DNA of 64,000 nucleotides from Balanoglossus misakiensis (lineage: Eukaryota > Animalia > Hemichordata), in contig CM082583.2 of the NCBI GenBank assembly GCA_040954595.2, positions 5,268,849-5,332,848 of the forward strand, read 5' to 3'. The notes beneath the pieces are model-generated. The model saw only the letters and a program-made list of their open reading frames with translations, did no database searches and had not been told where the DNA came from. The number at the start of each line of letters is the position of its first letter. Within the stretch, counting starts at the first letter, position 1. Both the position numbers and the translations under genes were made by a program. Below are positions 51,007 through 64,000 of this stretch, in pieces.

Positions 51007-52965
51007 ATGGCAACGGGACCACAAAATGATATTATAGACCGGCAGTCAGAAGCGTTGGCAGATAAACGGTGCGGCGGAATGATCTCGCCGACGTCGACAG
51101 AGGGAATGGAATCGAAATCCTCCCTTCCCGCAGAAAGTTCGTGCGTGTCAGATGGCTCCCCTGTCGATGCTTCGCGTTCAACAGAGAGGCCCATGTCAGG
51201 CTTTGCGTCAAGTGCAACCGAACAGCCGAATTCTTCGGCTGACCGCAGCAAGACTCGGCCCCCAAGTGGTGAGAAGTTGACGTCACCTGCGGGTGACACA
51301 TGGCCTCTCGGAGAAACGACGACGACTCGCCGACAAGAAGGAGCAGCTGCCGCCGTCGCCGGGATGAACAGCTGTCGTCAGAGTCCGCTTCCTTCTGCGA
51401 GCGCGGCAACCACCAATGACAACGTCATCACCCCAGAGCCGGATCTCACCTTCAGTGACGCCATGGTGATGCCGAGAGAAGGTCCCTGGTACCCGCCCGA
51501 CGTCACCGTAGTGGTCCAGTCGGAGAAGTATGAAATCCACCGGTCGCTGCTGATCGAAAAGTGCGACTTCTTTCGCGCGATGTTCACGTCGGGAATGCGG
51601 GAAACCTGGGAGGGGGAAGTGGTTTTGAATGAAGTGAGCGTGTCCGCGTTCCGCGTCATCCTCGGCTACCTGTACACCAACGCCATTCTGCTCACGGAGG
51701 ACAATTTCCAGGAGGTACTCAACACTGCCATGTACCTCCAGATGAAGTTTACGTTCGAGCCGGAGAGCCTGTACCCGATCATCAACAAAAACAACTTCAG
51801 GTATTTCATGGAGTTTGCAGAGAGCAACGGCCTGGCGGTCGTCACAAACTGCGTGGAGTTGTTCGTGAGCGACAGCTACCTGGAGTTGTTGGAGTCGGGC
51901 TGTCTCAAAGACGTCCCGGAAAGATTCTTGGAAAACGTCATTCAGTGTCGTTGCAAGGGCAAACAGGTAATCGTCGCCATCGTCGACGACATTCGCAGCG
52001 GCGCCAGCACCTTTTATTATCTCGATTCAGACGAAGAACGCTGGAAGTTCCTGACCACGGTGCCGATGAACATTCGCGGCGGGGGAGTCGCGGTTCTCGA
52101 TAACTACGTGTACGTGACCGGTCGGTCGGGCGCAAGGCGGGCGCAGGACAAAGCCTACCGGTATAACCCGCACATCGACGAGTGGAAAGAAATCGCTCCC
52201 CCGACGCAGGAACGCGACATCATCAGACTCGTTGCCCTGAGAGACTGTCTATACGCGGTGGGCGTTGGAGGCATGTGCCACAACAACCCGAATATAATGT
52301 ACACCATGGAGTGCGACAATTCCATAGAGCAGTACAACCCGCTAACGAACACCTGGACGAGGAAGACACCTCTGCCGAGGCGCCTCTGCTGGTTGACCGC
52401 GACCGCTCACGCCGATTTGATATTCGTTCACGGCAAAACCTACGACGTGCAGTTTGACGTCAGCATCGGCACGAACTTCTACTACGACCCGCGAGCGGAC
52501 GCGTGGCACGAATGGGAACTGGGCGCCTTTCTCTTCTCCCGGGCCTACTCGCCTTACCAGTACCAGCTGTCCATGCTGTCGGACGGGGACAATTTCTACT
52601 TCGTCGGCTGCAAAGATAAGCACATCGACGAAATACGGCAGTACGATTTCGAGTCGGGCCGGCAGACGGTGAAGTTGTCGTCGGCAGCCCCCGGGCCGAA
52701 GAGAGAGTCTGGCGTGTTCGCAGCCTGCGGCAACAAGATCTACGTCATCCATTCTCGCTCGGAAACCGAGTACTTCATCGCCGATCAACAGAAGTGGGAA
52801 ATCATTCCCTGTTCGGCGCTTCGTCACCATGGTGCCAGGGAGTATCCGCATTCGTCGTTCGTGTTTCATCGGCCGAGGCGGGTGCGTCACATAGCAACCA
52901 ATGTTAAGCCCACAGAAACAGCACAGAAGAAGAGTCCCATGGTTAATCAAGTCAAAGAGCGCTAA
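51007..52965 (+). CDS. BTB/POZ-Kelch protein (KLHL/KBTBD-like Cul3 adaptor), single coding exon, 652 aa
   Basis: BTB DVTVVVQSEKYEIHRSLLIEKCDFFRAMFTSGMRET...FRVILGYLYT; Kelch repeats (VYVTG...YNPHIDEW, LYAVG...IEQYNPLTNTW, YDPRADAW); about 150-aa Ser/Thr/Pro-rich N-terminus; likely 5' UTR intron (donor near 49224, acceptor near 50936). Confidence 0.92.
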   Translation: MATGPQNDIIDRQSEALADKRCGGMISPTSTEGMESKSSLPAESSCVSDGSPVDASRSTERPMSGFASSATEQPNSSADRSKTRPPSGEKLTSPAGDTWPLGETTTTRRQEGAAAAVAGMNSCRQSPLPSASAATTNDNVITPEPDLTFSDAMVMPREGPWYPPDVTVVVQSEKYEIHRSLLIEKCDFFRAMFTSGMRETWEGEVVLNEVSVSAFRVILGYLYTNAILLTEDNFQEVLNTAMYLQMKFTFEPESLYPIINKNNFRYFMEFAESNGLAVVTNCVELFVSDSYLELLESGCLKDVPERFLENVIQCRCKGKQVIVAIVDDIRSGASTFYYLDSDEERWKFLTTVPMNIRGGGVAVLDNYVYVTGRSGARRAQDKAYRYNPHIDEWKEIAPPTQERDIIRLVALRDCLYAVGVGGMCHNNPNIMYTMECDNSIEQYNPLTNTWTRKTPLPRRLCWLTATAHADLIFVHGKTYDVQFDVSIGTNFYYDPRADAWHEWELGAFLFSRAYSPYQYQLSMLSDGDNFYFVGCKDKHIDEIRQYDFESGRQTVKLSSAAPGPKRESGVFAACGNKIYVIHSRSETEYFIADQQKWEIIPCSALRHHGAREYPHSSFVFHRPRRVRHIATNVKPTETAQKKSPMVNQVKER

Positions 52966-53699
52966 ACCGAAGAAGGAAAACAAATTTAAATCGCGACATG
53001 CTCATGTTTTAAAGCTGTGTGAATATACTAGTAGGCGATTTCCTTCAGAAATAACACACCTAAAATGTGGAACATTTTATATTGAATTTTAGTCGATAAC
53101 AAGTATGACATCACCAAATCTTGTGAGAGAAGTGAAGAATTGTCACTTTTCTTGGCAGTCTCTTGTAGTGTATCTTCTAAATATCTCCTGGCTTTTGTAT
53201 TTCATTTTGTCTATCACATGCGCCCAACAAATGCAGACAGATATAGACTGCGTACTGAGCTTTATGCAGACGTCGATTCAAGCTTATCCAAAATGAAACT
53301 GACGCCAACTACTTGATGGTTATGTTTTGCCTCTTTTTGTCATTTTCTTGGGAGGAATCATTTTATCAAGACAATCTTTCCCAACAACGATATGTTTATC
53401 TAACCTTCAAGCTTTCAATTTACAGAATGCTAGCATTTGTTCACTGCCGAAGTATACTGTTTTATATATGTACATTTGACATTTTGTATAGTCGCTATCT
53501 TTTTGACGGCTGCACCTTAAATGGCATTTTCCGCAAAATATTTGACTTTTTAATTTTTTTTTTTTTTACGTTCATAGTAAACAACGGAAATGTCTCTGAA
53601 ATATTAAGACGGATCGTACAACATTATACAACAAATTAACAAGGATGAAATGAACACATCCAAAATAGATGCACCACTATAGGCTATATAAGGAAACTG

Positions 53700-53808
53700 G
53701 AATGAATGAATGAATGAATGAATGAATGAATGAATGAATGAATGAATGAATGAATGAATGAATGAATGAATGGATGAGCGAATGAATGAACGAACACATG
53801 AATGAATG
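53700..53808. repeat. (GAAT)n tetranucleotide microsatellite
   Basis: Perfect GAAT run to about 53771, degenerate afterwards. Confidence 0.95.
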
Positions 53809-56075
53809 GAACCTCTATATTTAGAGATTGTTATTGACCAATTCCTGTATAAAGCAGTAATTTGTAAATATACCTACCCAATCCAAGGTGGATAGCTGTA
53901 TGGCGTGGAGTGATTGATTTGTTATTGCAAATTACCCACTACGATTCTAATGAGAACAATGTGTTACACGTCAAGTGAAAGTTTGAAAAAAAAATTGACA
54001 ACAGGCATGCACTTTGAAATGTTTTGGAAGTAAGGAACCAAAATGCGTCTTACCATCCTGACCTCTACCCAAGACCCAGCGGTTCATCTCTTAGAAGTTG
54101 TATCCATTGAAGTCACTAACCTCATTTTCTGAAGGTAAACCGCATTTTCGGATGATTAATGACGACGTACCCAACCACAGTAGCATGCATTCAAGAAGCA
54201 CTTCGCCTCAATGGAGCTTCGTTTCTCGGGTACAATGGACCCAGGGGTGTAAAAAATGTACTGCTTTTGTGACGTGGATATGTGGGCGAGCAGGCGTGGG
54301 CCGCTGTGTCCCGAAACTGCTGTGGGTGACGTGAGAAAGCAAACGGAATGCCGCGAGCCATCCTGCGGTACACCGCCGGTATGTGGTAATATCTGCACGT
54401 GGGTCGAGGCAAATGCCTCTCGTGTACATTGCACTCTGTCAATTTTTTGGCCAATGGTCACTTTGATGTCTTGCGTCTCCGTCACAAAAAGCACAGAAGT
54501 GAAAAAGGGCATACATATACCCTGGAGCATGTGGAGCGAGAGTAAGAAATACAAAACGTGTCGTGCATATTGAATGATAACGTCGGATGTGGTTGTAAGC
54601 ATACAATAGCTCAATTGATATGAATTCCACACCCAGTGTCTCGACCGTCCAATTATTGGCCTAAAATATTTGGGACAAGCCCACATGCGAGCGCGCCTTG
54701 TCGCGCGAGATATTTTTAACTACAGGACAAATCATCGGTTTACACTCAAAAGAATAACAACACCGGCAATAAAACTTGAACTTTACCTATTCAGCAGAGA
54801 GGGTGAAGTAGAGAGTATTCGGAGGATTGCGCGCGTGTACATGAAGCTGGGAACTAAATGCATTTTCATTTTCCACCGCTGACGGCGTCCTTTCATATGC
54901 CATCCAGTGAACAGACTGCAGATTGGAAGGGGCATGTGGAAGGGGCTTTGACCATCAACGCCTTGACATGAAATACTTCTGGTATTGAAGGGAAGCTACA
55001 AATTTCGCTAACATTTGTGTCAATCATGTGACCTGAAAAGTCGAAGGTACAGGCAAATAAAGGGAATTATTTAACTTCCATTTTGATATCTGGACATTTT
55101 TGCACTTCAACAAACCACAAACATCATTTGCAAAATTTACTATCAAGTTTGTTTTCTCTGAGTATGACATAAGCAAATGAGGTCATCCAATTAAACAACG
55201 TTCAAAGAAACATCAAAATATTTCTCTTTATTTAAATTGTTTTAAATTATACATTTTATTTCACTATTTTAAGGTTGTATATCACACAAAAAGACATTTT
55301 CTGATTCAGATTTGGAAGCACTCAATTACACTTTGATAGAGTGAATTGTAAATTAAGAAATTATTGCATGGTCATTAAGAGAGGGATCATCATGAACAAT
55401 GTTTACACATAACAAAGTACAAAATTTCTAAAAAAATAATTTTGACAATATTTCACACAAATTTTATTTTAACACAAAAGATGAAATGGGAAAATTATGA
55501 TGCGTGACACAAAACGATTGACAATTGTAGCGATAGCTACTGACACTCCCGGAAAGCTCTGCAAGAAACAAACTTATACTTCAACGACTCTTGTTTCATG
55601 AGACCATCACTCTGTCGCAGCTTTACATGTTTCAGTTGTAGTAGACATCGATCATTACGCAAGTTCATTTCTACGCGAAAAAAAAAAAAAAATGGTGCAA
55701 TGGCGTATTCATATATTACTCCGGCAGTTTTTCAGGAAGGCAGTATAAATATTTCTCTTCATTTGAGTTAGAATTAATTTTTTTTCTGGAAAAACCCCAA
55801 CCTGGTATCTATAAATAATATGACAATAACAAGGCAAGGAAACATAACAATACAATTTTTTTTACTTTGTTTGCATTACAATGACTTAATGAACAGACAT
55901 GGTGGGAAGGAACCAAAGAATATCACATCCTGTACATGGGAGCTGATAACTTACACATCTTGAACATGGGAGCTGACCAGACAAGTTACAAGTTTTTAAT
56001 TTACAGAAGTAATGAATATCTTAAGTAGGAAAAATAAAATTCTGGAGGGATTTAATCTTGTCGTTTTATTTTATT

Positions 56076-59000
56076 TTATTTCCCTCGTCTGGTTATGGCT
56101 TCCCTTATCTGTTTATCTAACTCTGTGATGATTCGGTCGTGGTGCGTGTAGACCCCCGTTCGAAGTAGAGTGTCTCTTTCTTCAATGAGTCTGGCAACGT
56201 GGTCGTCGACGCTCGAATCGAGATCAGGTTCATTCCACTGCGCGCGCTGTCCCTCGCTGCCTGCCGCTTCTTGGGGCGATCCCTGTTTCTGTTGTTGCAA
56301 TTCCTGCTGAAACCTGGGCGAGGGAAAGGTGAAAGAGATGTTTCCTGTTAAACGCGAGTTTGTACGTTAAAAATCTTGAGGTGACACACAGATGTTCAGC
56401 GATAAATGACAGAAACAGCAATGTGATACACTGTCAGATGTACAACTCACTCAAGTAGAGTTTATTGCTTAAGGGCACTGCCATCGTTTTAATGACAGCC
56501 CAAACGTTTTGAGGTGCAGTGTTGAGGACGCTGTTAAACTTTGTACAGCGCCTTGCAAGATCTATATCATGGATTACTGCATCCATGTATGCATCTGTTG
56601 CACACCTGTAAAAAGGCTGTTTGAAGAGTGAATTGACAAGGAGATGACCAGTCAAAATCAACCTGACGACACTGCTGCACACTGCCTGTTGCTATGACGT
56701 TGCCATGTCAACACTGACACAGCTTGTGTTGCTTCTATTCTATAATTTATGGACAGAGAGTAAGATTGCGGGAAAGGCAATTTCAAGTTGTGTTCCAACG
56801 GGCTTGAATGTCTAAGAATCAAAACCAATTTCCTCACTTGTTCAGTTCTCCTTTGATATCTTCCAGTTCCTTCTTCTCCGACTTGACCACCTCCTTCTCC
56901 TCGGCCGCCAGGTACCTGAGCCTCATGTGCTCCAGCTCCTGCTGTTGTCTCTTCAGTCGGGCCCTGGCTTCGTTCTGCTCTTTCTGCTTGAGTCTGGCCA
57001 GCTCCTTCAGAGCCCTGCCCCACTGCTGCTTGTAGTGGATTTTGGATTTGGTGACCGAGTCCAGCTTCCGTTCCAGTTCCACCTTGAAACAGGGAGGGGG
57101 GGGGGGGGGGGGGGGGGGGAAGACAGAGGTGAAATTCAAAACTGAAGCTGAATCTGAAGTGGACTCCAAATCAGGAGCTGCAACTTTGATCCAACAATGT
57201 ATTCAATGACTTGTTGCTAGTATTATATTGAAGGTGTTACTGGTATCTATTATTCTGAAGAAAGAAACTATGTGGTGATGTAGTGATGGCTTGGCCGATA
57301 CAGGAGGATGAGAAATCTTCTGCTGCAGGGGCTCACAGTTCCCTATCTGGCCTGTAATACTAAACATGCTGCCTGCAAGGAAATCACTGCATACCAGTAA
57401 CACTACTGCACCAAGCATGCCGTTTAACACTTAACACTTCTCAATGTACAGATCGCGACATTTGAGAAAATCCGCCCGCCTGCGCAAACTGACCTTTTCC
57501 AGCGTCAGCAGATTGATCTCCGATTGCAGCCTCACTTCGGGCTTGGTGTTGATCTGCTCCCTGTACACCTGAAACTCCTTCTCCTTGTCTTCCAGTTTCT
57601 TCTCCGCGGCCGCCTGCTGCTCCTGCAGTCGCTGCTTCTGTTCCTCCACGTCCTTGACCTTGGATCTGTCGGAGGGGAGGGAGAGGGTCAGATGGGATTT
57701 GTGTCAGAGAGGGTGTCACAAAAGATGAGGTCGAGGATCAGATTTGATACAATTTGGTGATTTCTGTCATTTCACTTTCTGATTGCTTACACGAAACTTA
57801 CTGAGCATGATGATTATGATACAGGGGATATAAATGCAAACTCAAAACCAGGAGTAAATAGCATGGACAGCATTCAGCCCTCCCAGATACACATATCAAA
57901 TCTGCTGGCATTACGAAAATCACGTTACCTTTCCAACTCGATTTGATGAAGGCAATCTTCATTCATCCTGTGCAAAGCGTCCTTCAACTCTGACAGCTTT
58001 CTCTCGTAATCTCTCTGTAAGTCCGTCCGGAGTCTCATCACCTCCGCCTCGTTGGCGGCCAGCTGTCGTTCTCTCTTCTCCACGTCGGCGATGGCCAGTC
58101 TCAGCTGTTCTTCAAGCCTGGTGTACTCGTCCACCTGTCACGGTTTAGAGAGGGAGAGTCAAAGTAGGAAATTGATGCCAAGTAATTAATCAAACAGATG
58201 GCAGACGCTTGTCCCATCCCTTGACTTCTCAAAAGAAACAAAAAGCCTGCTAAGCAGTTTTTCACCCCGTATTTCCTGATGCAATATACAATATAGACTC
58301 AAAATTTAAATACAATGTATTAACTTCACCATTTTGGGTACAGTGAACCAGACCTCACCTTCTTGCGGACAAGATGCTCCCTTTCCTTGTCTCTCCTTTT
58401 CCATTCTTCCGCCAGAGCTTTCATGTGCTGAACTTCCTTCTCCTTCATCTAAGACAAAAACAAAAGATCAGACCTGTAAATCACTGATGTCATAATATTT
58501 TCACTGACTGACTGACAGTATGCCTTCCAACAAACATAACTTTTAAAAGGTTTGAGTCAATTTGACGATTTCTACAAAAATTTCTGCGAGTCAGCCCTAT
58601 ACCTTTGCATGCAGTGTGAATAATTTTCTTGAGTCACCAGTGAGTTTGTTGAGTCAGTGGCGCGTCATATGAACTTAGCGGGCACACTGCTAATTCAAGA
58701 CTGATTGGGCACTTCTTATTACCTGCTGAGACTCATATCTATGGCTCTGCATGAATGCTAGCACTAATTATCCTCTAAGTTTCATGGCTGGTTGCATCTA
58801 CATCCGAGGTACAGGGTCTTACCTGATGTTCGTACATCTCTTCCTGGGCTTCTTTCCACATTTCCAGTTCCATAGCCGCTTTGTATTCCAGGGTTTCCCG
58901 GGCGTCTTTCTCAGCGGGAGCTTCTGCCTGGGGTTTCTGCTCTATGGTAGTACTCTGTGTAATTAGAGGAATGAGTATAATAAACATCATGGAGAGAATC

Positions 59001-62000
59001 AGTTCTGTAGTTTTTTATCATTTGTCATACATTGAACGCTGTAGAAATCAGGACTGGATACTGTTAGGAATCTACTTCTCTGTTGGGGGCCAAACAAGTC
59101 AGATATATTGTTTTCACATGCAATATAAGAATGAATTATAGGGGATATGTGTTACGATGTAAAGCACGGCTTCTAACTGGAGCACAGTTTTAACTTTTTG
59201 TCCGACTGATGTAGATATGAAAATGCTCTTGAGAGAGACTGCCAGAGACAGAGCTCTACAGCAGACCACAAGACAGAGACAGACAGACAGGGGAGAACGA
59301 GGGTGTCAGCAATTCAACAACTATGACAAGGGACGGTACCTGTGAAGGTTCTGTGCTGACAATCACCTCCCTGGTGTTGATGGGGCCGTAGTCTTCCAAA
59401 CCCAGCACAACATGCAGTTCGCACACACGCTGTTGTTTGCCGTCGGTGGATTCCGCGAGCGCTCGCTCACTGCAGATCTGTCGCCAGCCCTCAGGTGAGC
59501 CTTCAGCTTTACTCTGTCGTGTGAAATAATCAAAAGGTGGTGAATCTGTGAAGTATCTCAGTTTTCATGTCAGATACAAAGATCTGCATCATTTGAGTCT
59601 TTAAGGGCATCCAATGCAACAGTTATGAAAATTTGTGATAGCCAATGACAGGTTGCCCATTTTGAATATCCCCTGGCATTGGTCAATTGTGTCCGATTAC
59701 TCTATACTGAACGCAACCCCATTGTCACCACACTGGGTTTCTTATTACTTACAGCAACCCTAGCTTTGTCAGCATTCAATATCTTGGCCAAAGACAATCT
59801 GGCAATTCCCAGCAATACGTCCTGCGTCATCCTGTCTCGATGCCACACTTCGATCAGCAGTGGTATTCTGATGGAACAACGAAAACACATTAGAGTCAGA
59901 TTTCTTGCAACTAAGGTAACACTGTACAGACTGTCAGAGGAGAACCCTGTACACTACACAACCAATATACTTGGGAAATATTTGGGAAATGCCACTTACC
60001 TGAGAAACGTTTCCTTGAGTTGTTGGGGAGGCGTGGCAAAGTCAAAGGCACAGAAGGAGTGCGGCAGGAGCACTTCGGTGTGGCGCCTGACTTCGACCGG
60101 TGGGTGGGTCATTATGGGGGCTGAACTGCCAAAGAACGGGTAGGTATATCTGCAAGGGAAATTGACAACTGCGGTCAGCAAAATGTTGTGGGCTGCTGTG
60201 AGATTCCATATTCCTTGTCAGGTAAGCAATGCATGTGTGTGTTTCATTGGTGGGGAAAACTTTGAGGGACTGCATTGGTGACTCGATTGTGAGACGCACT
60301 GTAACGCATCTAGATAAAAAAAAAATTACACAACTGGAAACATATGCTTGTACACCTTTGGCCACAGAGGTGGGCACATACTCACCAATAACCACCACCC
60401 TCAGCTCTCACTCACCCAACCACCTACCTACACACACATACACACACTCAACCCAACATATCCCACAACACACATACACACATGTACACAGAGAGACCCA
60501 CACGCCCCACCTTAAGAATATATTAGCAGCAGTCGGTGTGTCCATGTCTCTGATACTCCTCATATCGATGGAGAAACAGAAGTGATGGGTGGCAGCGTCA
60601 ATGGCTAAGACAGCCTGGGACAAGCTGGACGATGGCTCGTCTTCCTTGGGTTTGGGTCTGACCACTTCATCCCTGGCGTGGGAAGGGCCTGGTCTTACAT
60701 CGTCTTTAACCTTGTCACCTGAGAACACAAAAGATGTATGGTTTAGTTTGGAAACTCATGTACAAGAAAGATAAGAAAGGGCATTGCACCACTGTGCTGG
60801 AAGGTCATTCAGAATAATGTTCTAGATGAACCAACCGCATTACAAGTAACATGGGGGGGGGGGGGGGGTGAGCAACAAGCAACTTTACATCACGTGCACC
60901 AAATTTTATGACTGACAGCCCCTGAAAGCAAAGAGGAAAACCTACAATATGCCCACTGTAAAATCTCATGTACATCTAAAAATATCTTCACCATGTGTCT
61001 TTCCTCTTTTCTCTCTTCTATCTTCTTGAGTGAGGCTGCTGAGTTCGTCTGTCGTGGACCCCCTCTCTTCCTCAACTGGCGTGTACCCACCCATGCTGTC
61101 CGGCGGTGATGAGGCTGCCTCCTGGGGGCGCTCTAACTTCTCCGGGGGTGAGTGCACCAGTTTTGTGGGTTTCTCGGCCGGTTCTTTGGAAGGAGTGGTG
61201 GGAATGATCTCCGGTTGCTGGACTTTCTCTTCTGTTCTCTGGACTTCCTGCGTGCTTGGCGCTGCCACTTGCTGGACGTTAAAAGTAGAGACGGACAAAG
61301 ACTGTTAACTTGGTTTTTGTTATGAGATTTGTACACTGGTGATTTCTGGACCGTGCTGTTATGTTATTGACGGCAGCATAACATCATCTTTTGAATTTTT
61401 TTTATGTGGAGAAATTCTTATATCTAAGACAACACTGTATTTGCACATCTGAACAACATAACCTGTAAAGTGTCCAATCTCGAGTGAAGTTCCACCACAT
61501 TCTAGTGACAGTGCATTGGTTCTCTGATCAATTTAGTAAAAGCAATATTCATGTCTCACCGAAGGGACGCTGAAAGAAACTTCTTCTCTTCTCAGAGCGA
61601 CCGATGTCCCGACCACTGGGGCCAGGTCGACTGGAATTGGTGGCAACTGTTGCTGTGTCCTGGTTGGTGGAATTAAACGGAAAGCGCCCTCTAGTGCCAC
61701 AGGTTGACTATCCAGCTGATGCACATTCTCCTTCTTCAGTAAGCCGGTCAGGGAGATGTCAGCACTGCCCAGAGACTTGTCCCCACAGCAGAGGTGAACC
61801 TGGTTAAAGAAATTGACCTCACCGATGAAATCACTTGGAAGATGGCAAGATACAGTAACTGTAAAACGGGTTATTTTTGCGACATCAGAAGAAGCAACTT
61901 TTACGCGAGGAATAATTTTCGCGTTCTCATATTTCACAAACTGCATCGTTATCTCCGAAAACATTTTACGGGACTTTTTATTTTCACGTTTTTTTGGCTG

Positions 62001-63747
62001 TTGCGTATTTCACGAAAATTTATTGCTCGCTAAAATAGCCTGTTTTACAGTAGTCACACCTTGTACCTCTTTATGAAGTAAAACTCTTATCATTCAGTAC
62101 CATTGCTTTTCCATGCGCTTCTTACCTGAATGCCTGGCTGCGAGGAAAAATACAACCGGAGTGCCTCCGGGCTGCTCCGGACCCGGACAGAAGCCCTCTC
62201 GGCCGGGAAGTTGGGATTCAGCAAGTCATGGAATGGTTCATTGGTGACGTCGTTGCCAAACAGGGAGAAGTAGAAGAAGAAGCCGCCATCCCGGGCTGGT
62301 AGCGGCATTGTAGATGGCACTAACTGCAAAATGTCACAAATGAAAATAAAAACATGGAAGGTCAATATTACCATTGAGTTAGTAATCTGTGATAGGACAC
62401 ACCACAGTGAACTTCAAGTATCATGCTGCATAACTTTCAAAATATTGACAACATGGGAAACATAGTTTTACTGCTATGGCCTACATATGAGAGACAATAA
62501 GTCAGAATGTTATACCAGAACATGTCATTCAAGATGGCACTGACGTTTGCCTGCAACAAAGGAACAGGTGAATCACCATGATAAAAGACTCCATCAACAA
62601 CGTGTTACCAATTGTATTTTCTGATCCAAAGGTCAGGAACACACACCTGAGCCAAGTTGGCTGCAAATCCAACAGTCACCGACACCACAAACATATCCGT
62701 GCACTGGTCAACCGGTCCAATCTGATAATATCCTTCCATGTCATTCAACACTGGTAGCAGAGACTTGGGATCCAGTTCCTCATCATTTTCCGGGACTTGA
62801 AAGAGTAAACAAAGTAAAAAGGTGACATTTTATGAGAAAAACTTCACAACAGTGCTGACCGGGCGAGTGTTCCTTCATTCATTGGTGCAACAAACTATTA
62901 TGGACGCAGTTCCAGCAGCTGACACTTTGACAGTGTTGCTTTCTGATATTACCACATCGAAGAATCACTTATTTTAATTTGAAATAAGTAACTGTTAAAC
63001 TGGGATTTATGTGGAAAAATATGTGCTATGTCTGGCTGTTATCTTCTCTTGCCTGCCCATCACAAAACAATTTCCAGGGTATTGGCAGCCCATTACCTTG
63101 CCCTTTCCTTGGTGGTGCCGGCCTGGCTTTGAAACTCTCCTCCTGTGTCTGGCCGTCATTTTCCAAGCTGATACCAATTCTGAGTTCTGGCTTCAGTCTG
63201 GCATACTTTGTGTTCAGTAATGGGTACCATCTGGATTGCTGGTTATGTGTAGAAAAAAAAAAACGAGCAAATTTTAAAAAAAATCTAAAATTAAAGGGGG
63301 AAGAACAATACATACAATATCTTTTTGAAGAAAAACGCTTGGTATACCAGTAGTACAGTTAAATATAAGAATACAAGACCCAAAGTACAATGTTACCAGG
63401 AATATTTTGAAAGGCAATTTCAGAGAGGAAAGACAGCAAGAGACCACCACCTACCACTGGTACTTTGGCGGGCGTTTCTTCTTGGAAAGCCGCAGTCCTC
63501 AGATCCAGCATCACATAGCCAATGTTCTCCCTTGCGCCTGTCACCAAGTCGACGGCATAGCACTGCAGTTTGATAGGTGTTCTCTGCAGCCGGTGCTGGT
63601 GCAGCGCCTTTTTGCTGAGCTCCCAGGCCAGTTCTGTGGAGAACTCGGGAGACTCCGTGTGCTCGGATGGATCCGTCGCCAGGAACTCTCCATCAAACCG
63701 GGTTTCCACCACGAGCTGGTGTTTCGCTCTCTTGGGGAATCTCCTAC
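56076..63747 (-). CDS. CEP120: Centrosomal protein of 120 kDa (C2 domains plus coiled coil), multi-exon; first exon lies beyond the window end
   Basis: Exon 63464-63747 reads [27 protein letters not shown]...[25 protein letters not shown]. Further exons give [109 protein letters not shown] and [31 protein letters not shown]; all match CEP120 as recalled. Confidence 0.93.
58516..58690. mobile_element. Possible decayed hAT-like MITE in a CEP120 intron
   Basis: Right end CTTAGCGGGCACACTG; left end CAGTATGCC only partly complementary; 8-bp flanks match at 5 of 8 positions. Weak. Confidence 0.3.
61859..62050. mobile_element. 192-bp Tc1/mariner-like MITE in a CEP120 intron
   Basis: 24-bp imperfect TIRs CTGTAAAACGGGTTATTTTTGCGA / TCGCTAAAATAGCCTGTTTTACAG (21/24); TA on the right flank, AA on the left. 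Confidence 0.7.
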
Positions 63748-64000
63748 CTAGTCTCGTAAAAAGTGAAGAAAAAAAAGACCTTTTTGGTTATTTTCAATAA
63801 GCTGGCGATGATTGTCAAGTGAATTATTCATCCAATATTGTCTTCGAGTTTTTCGAATTATTTTTTGATAGTGCTTGAAACCATGGTTGGACAAATTAGG
63901 CAGTCTGGGAGGTTCCATTAACATGTGACCAAATATTCAAATTGTCTGCTCTTTCAACAAACATTGAGTACTCTCGCGTCCATGTGAAGACATTAACTAT

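Noticed and set aside
52342-52983. 213-aa antisense ORF within the BTB-Kelch gene
   Set aside because: Antisense shadow of a GC-rich coding sequence.
57097-57119. Poly-G/poly-C runs (also near 1196, 12427 and 60853) as functional G-quadruplexes
   Set aside because: Simple intronic or intergenic homopolymers, common and prone to length errors; no supporting evidence.
63026-63165. Apparent echo of a CEP120 exon segment (LENDGQT vs REDNSQT) in the adjacent intron
   Set aside because: Match too short to distinguish from chance.
1-64000. CRISPR arrays, tRNA/rRNA genes, prokaryotic operons
   Set aside because: No regularly spaced direct repeats or structural RNA signatures seen; the sequence is eukaryotic with spliceosomal introns.

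Overview
Genomic DNA of an intron-rich invertebrate animal, probably marine (it has a FoxAB gene, which vertebrates lack). Host genes: intronless FoxAB (-), a 12-exon secreted PAM-family gene (+) with an intact PAL lyase but a degenerate, truncated PHM domain, an alpha/beta hydrolase (+), a trypsin-like protease (+), an intronless BTB-Kelch gene (+) and most of CEP120 (-). The main feature is an apparently intact 11,273-bp AcademH(P)-type DNA transposon (13934-25206) with 335-bp TIRs and a 9-bp TSD. It encodes a RecQ-like helicase (+, 6 exons) and a PHD-finger DDE transposase (-, 12 exons) whose exons are interleaved on opposite strands. Non-autonomous elements of 72, 94 and 555 bp share its TAG...CTA ends and have 9-10-bp TSDs. 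Removing the transposon and the 94-bp hairpin element restores a hidden 6-exon, 167-aa gene resembling the fungal inner-kinetochore protein Cnl2/Nkp2, which three Academ-type insertions have hit. Exon models were built by hand from GT-AG sites and phase checks. Family assignments are from recalled motifs, not database searches.
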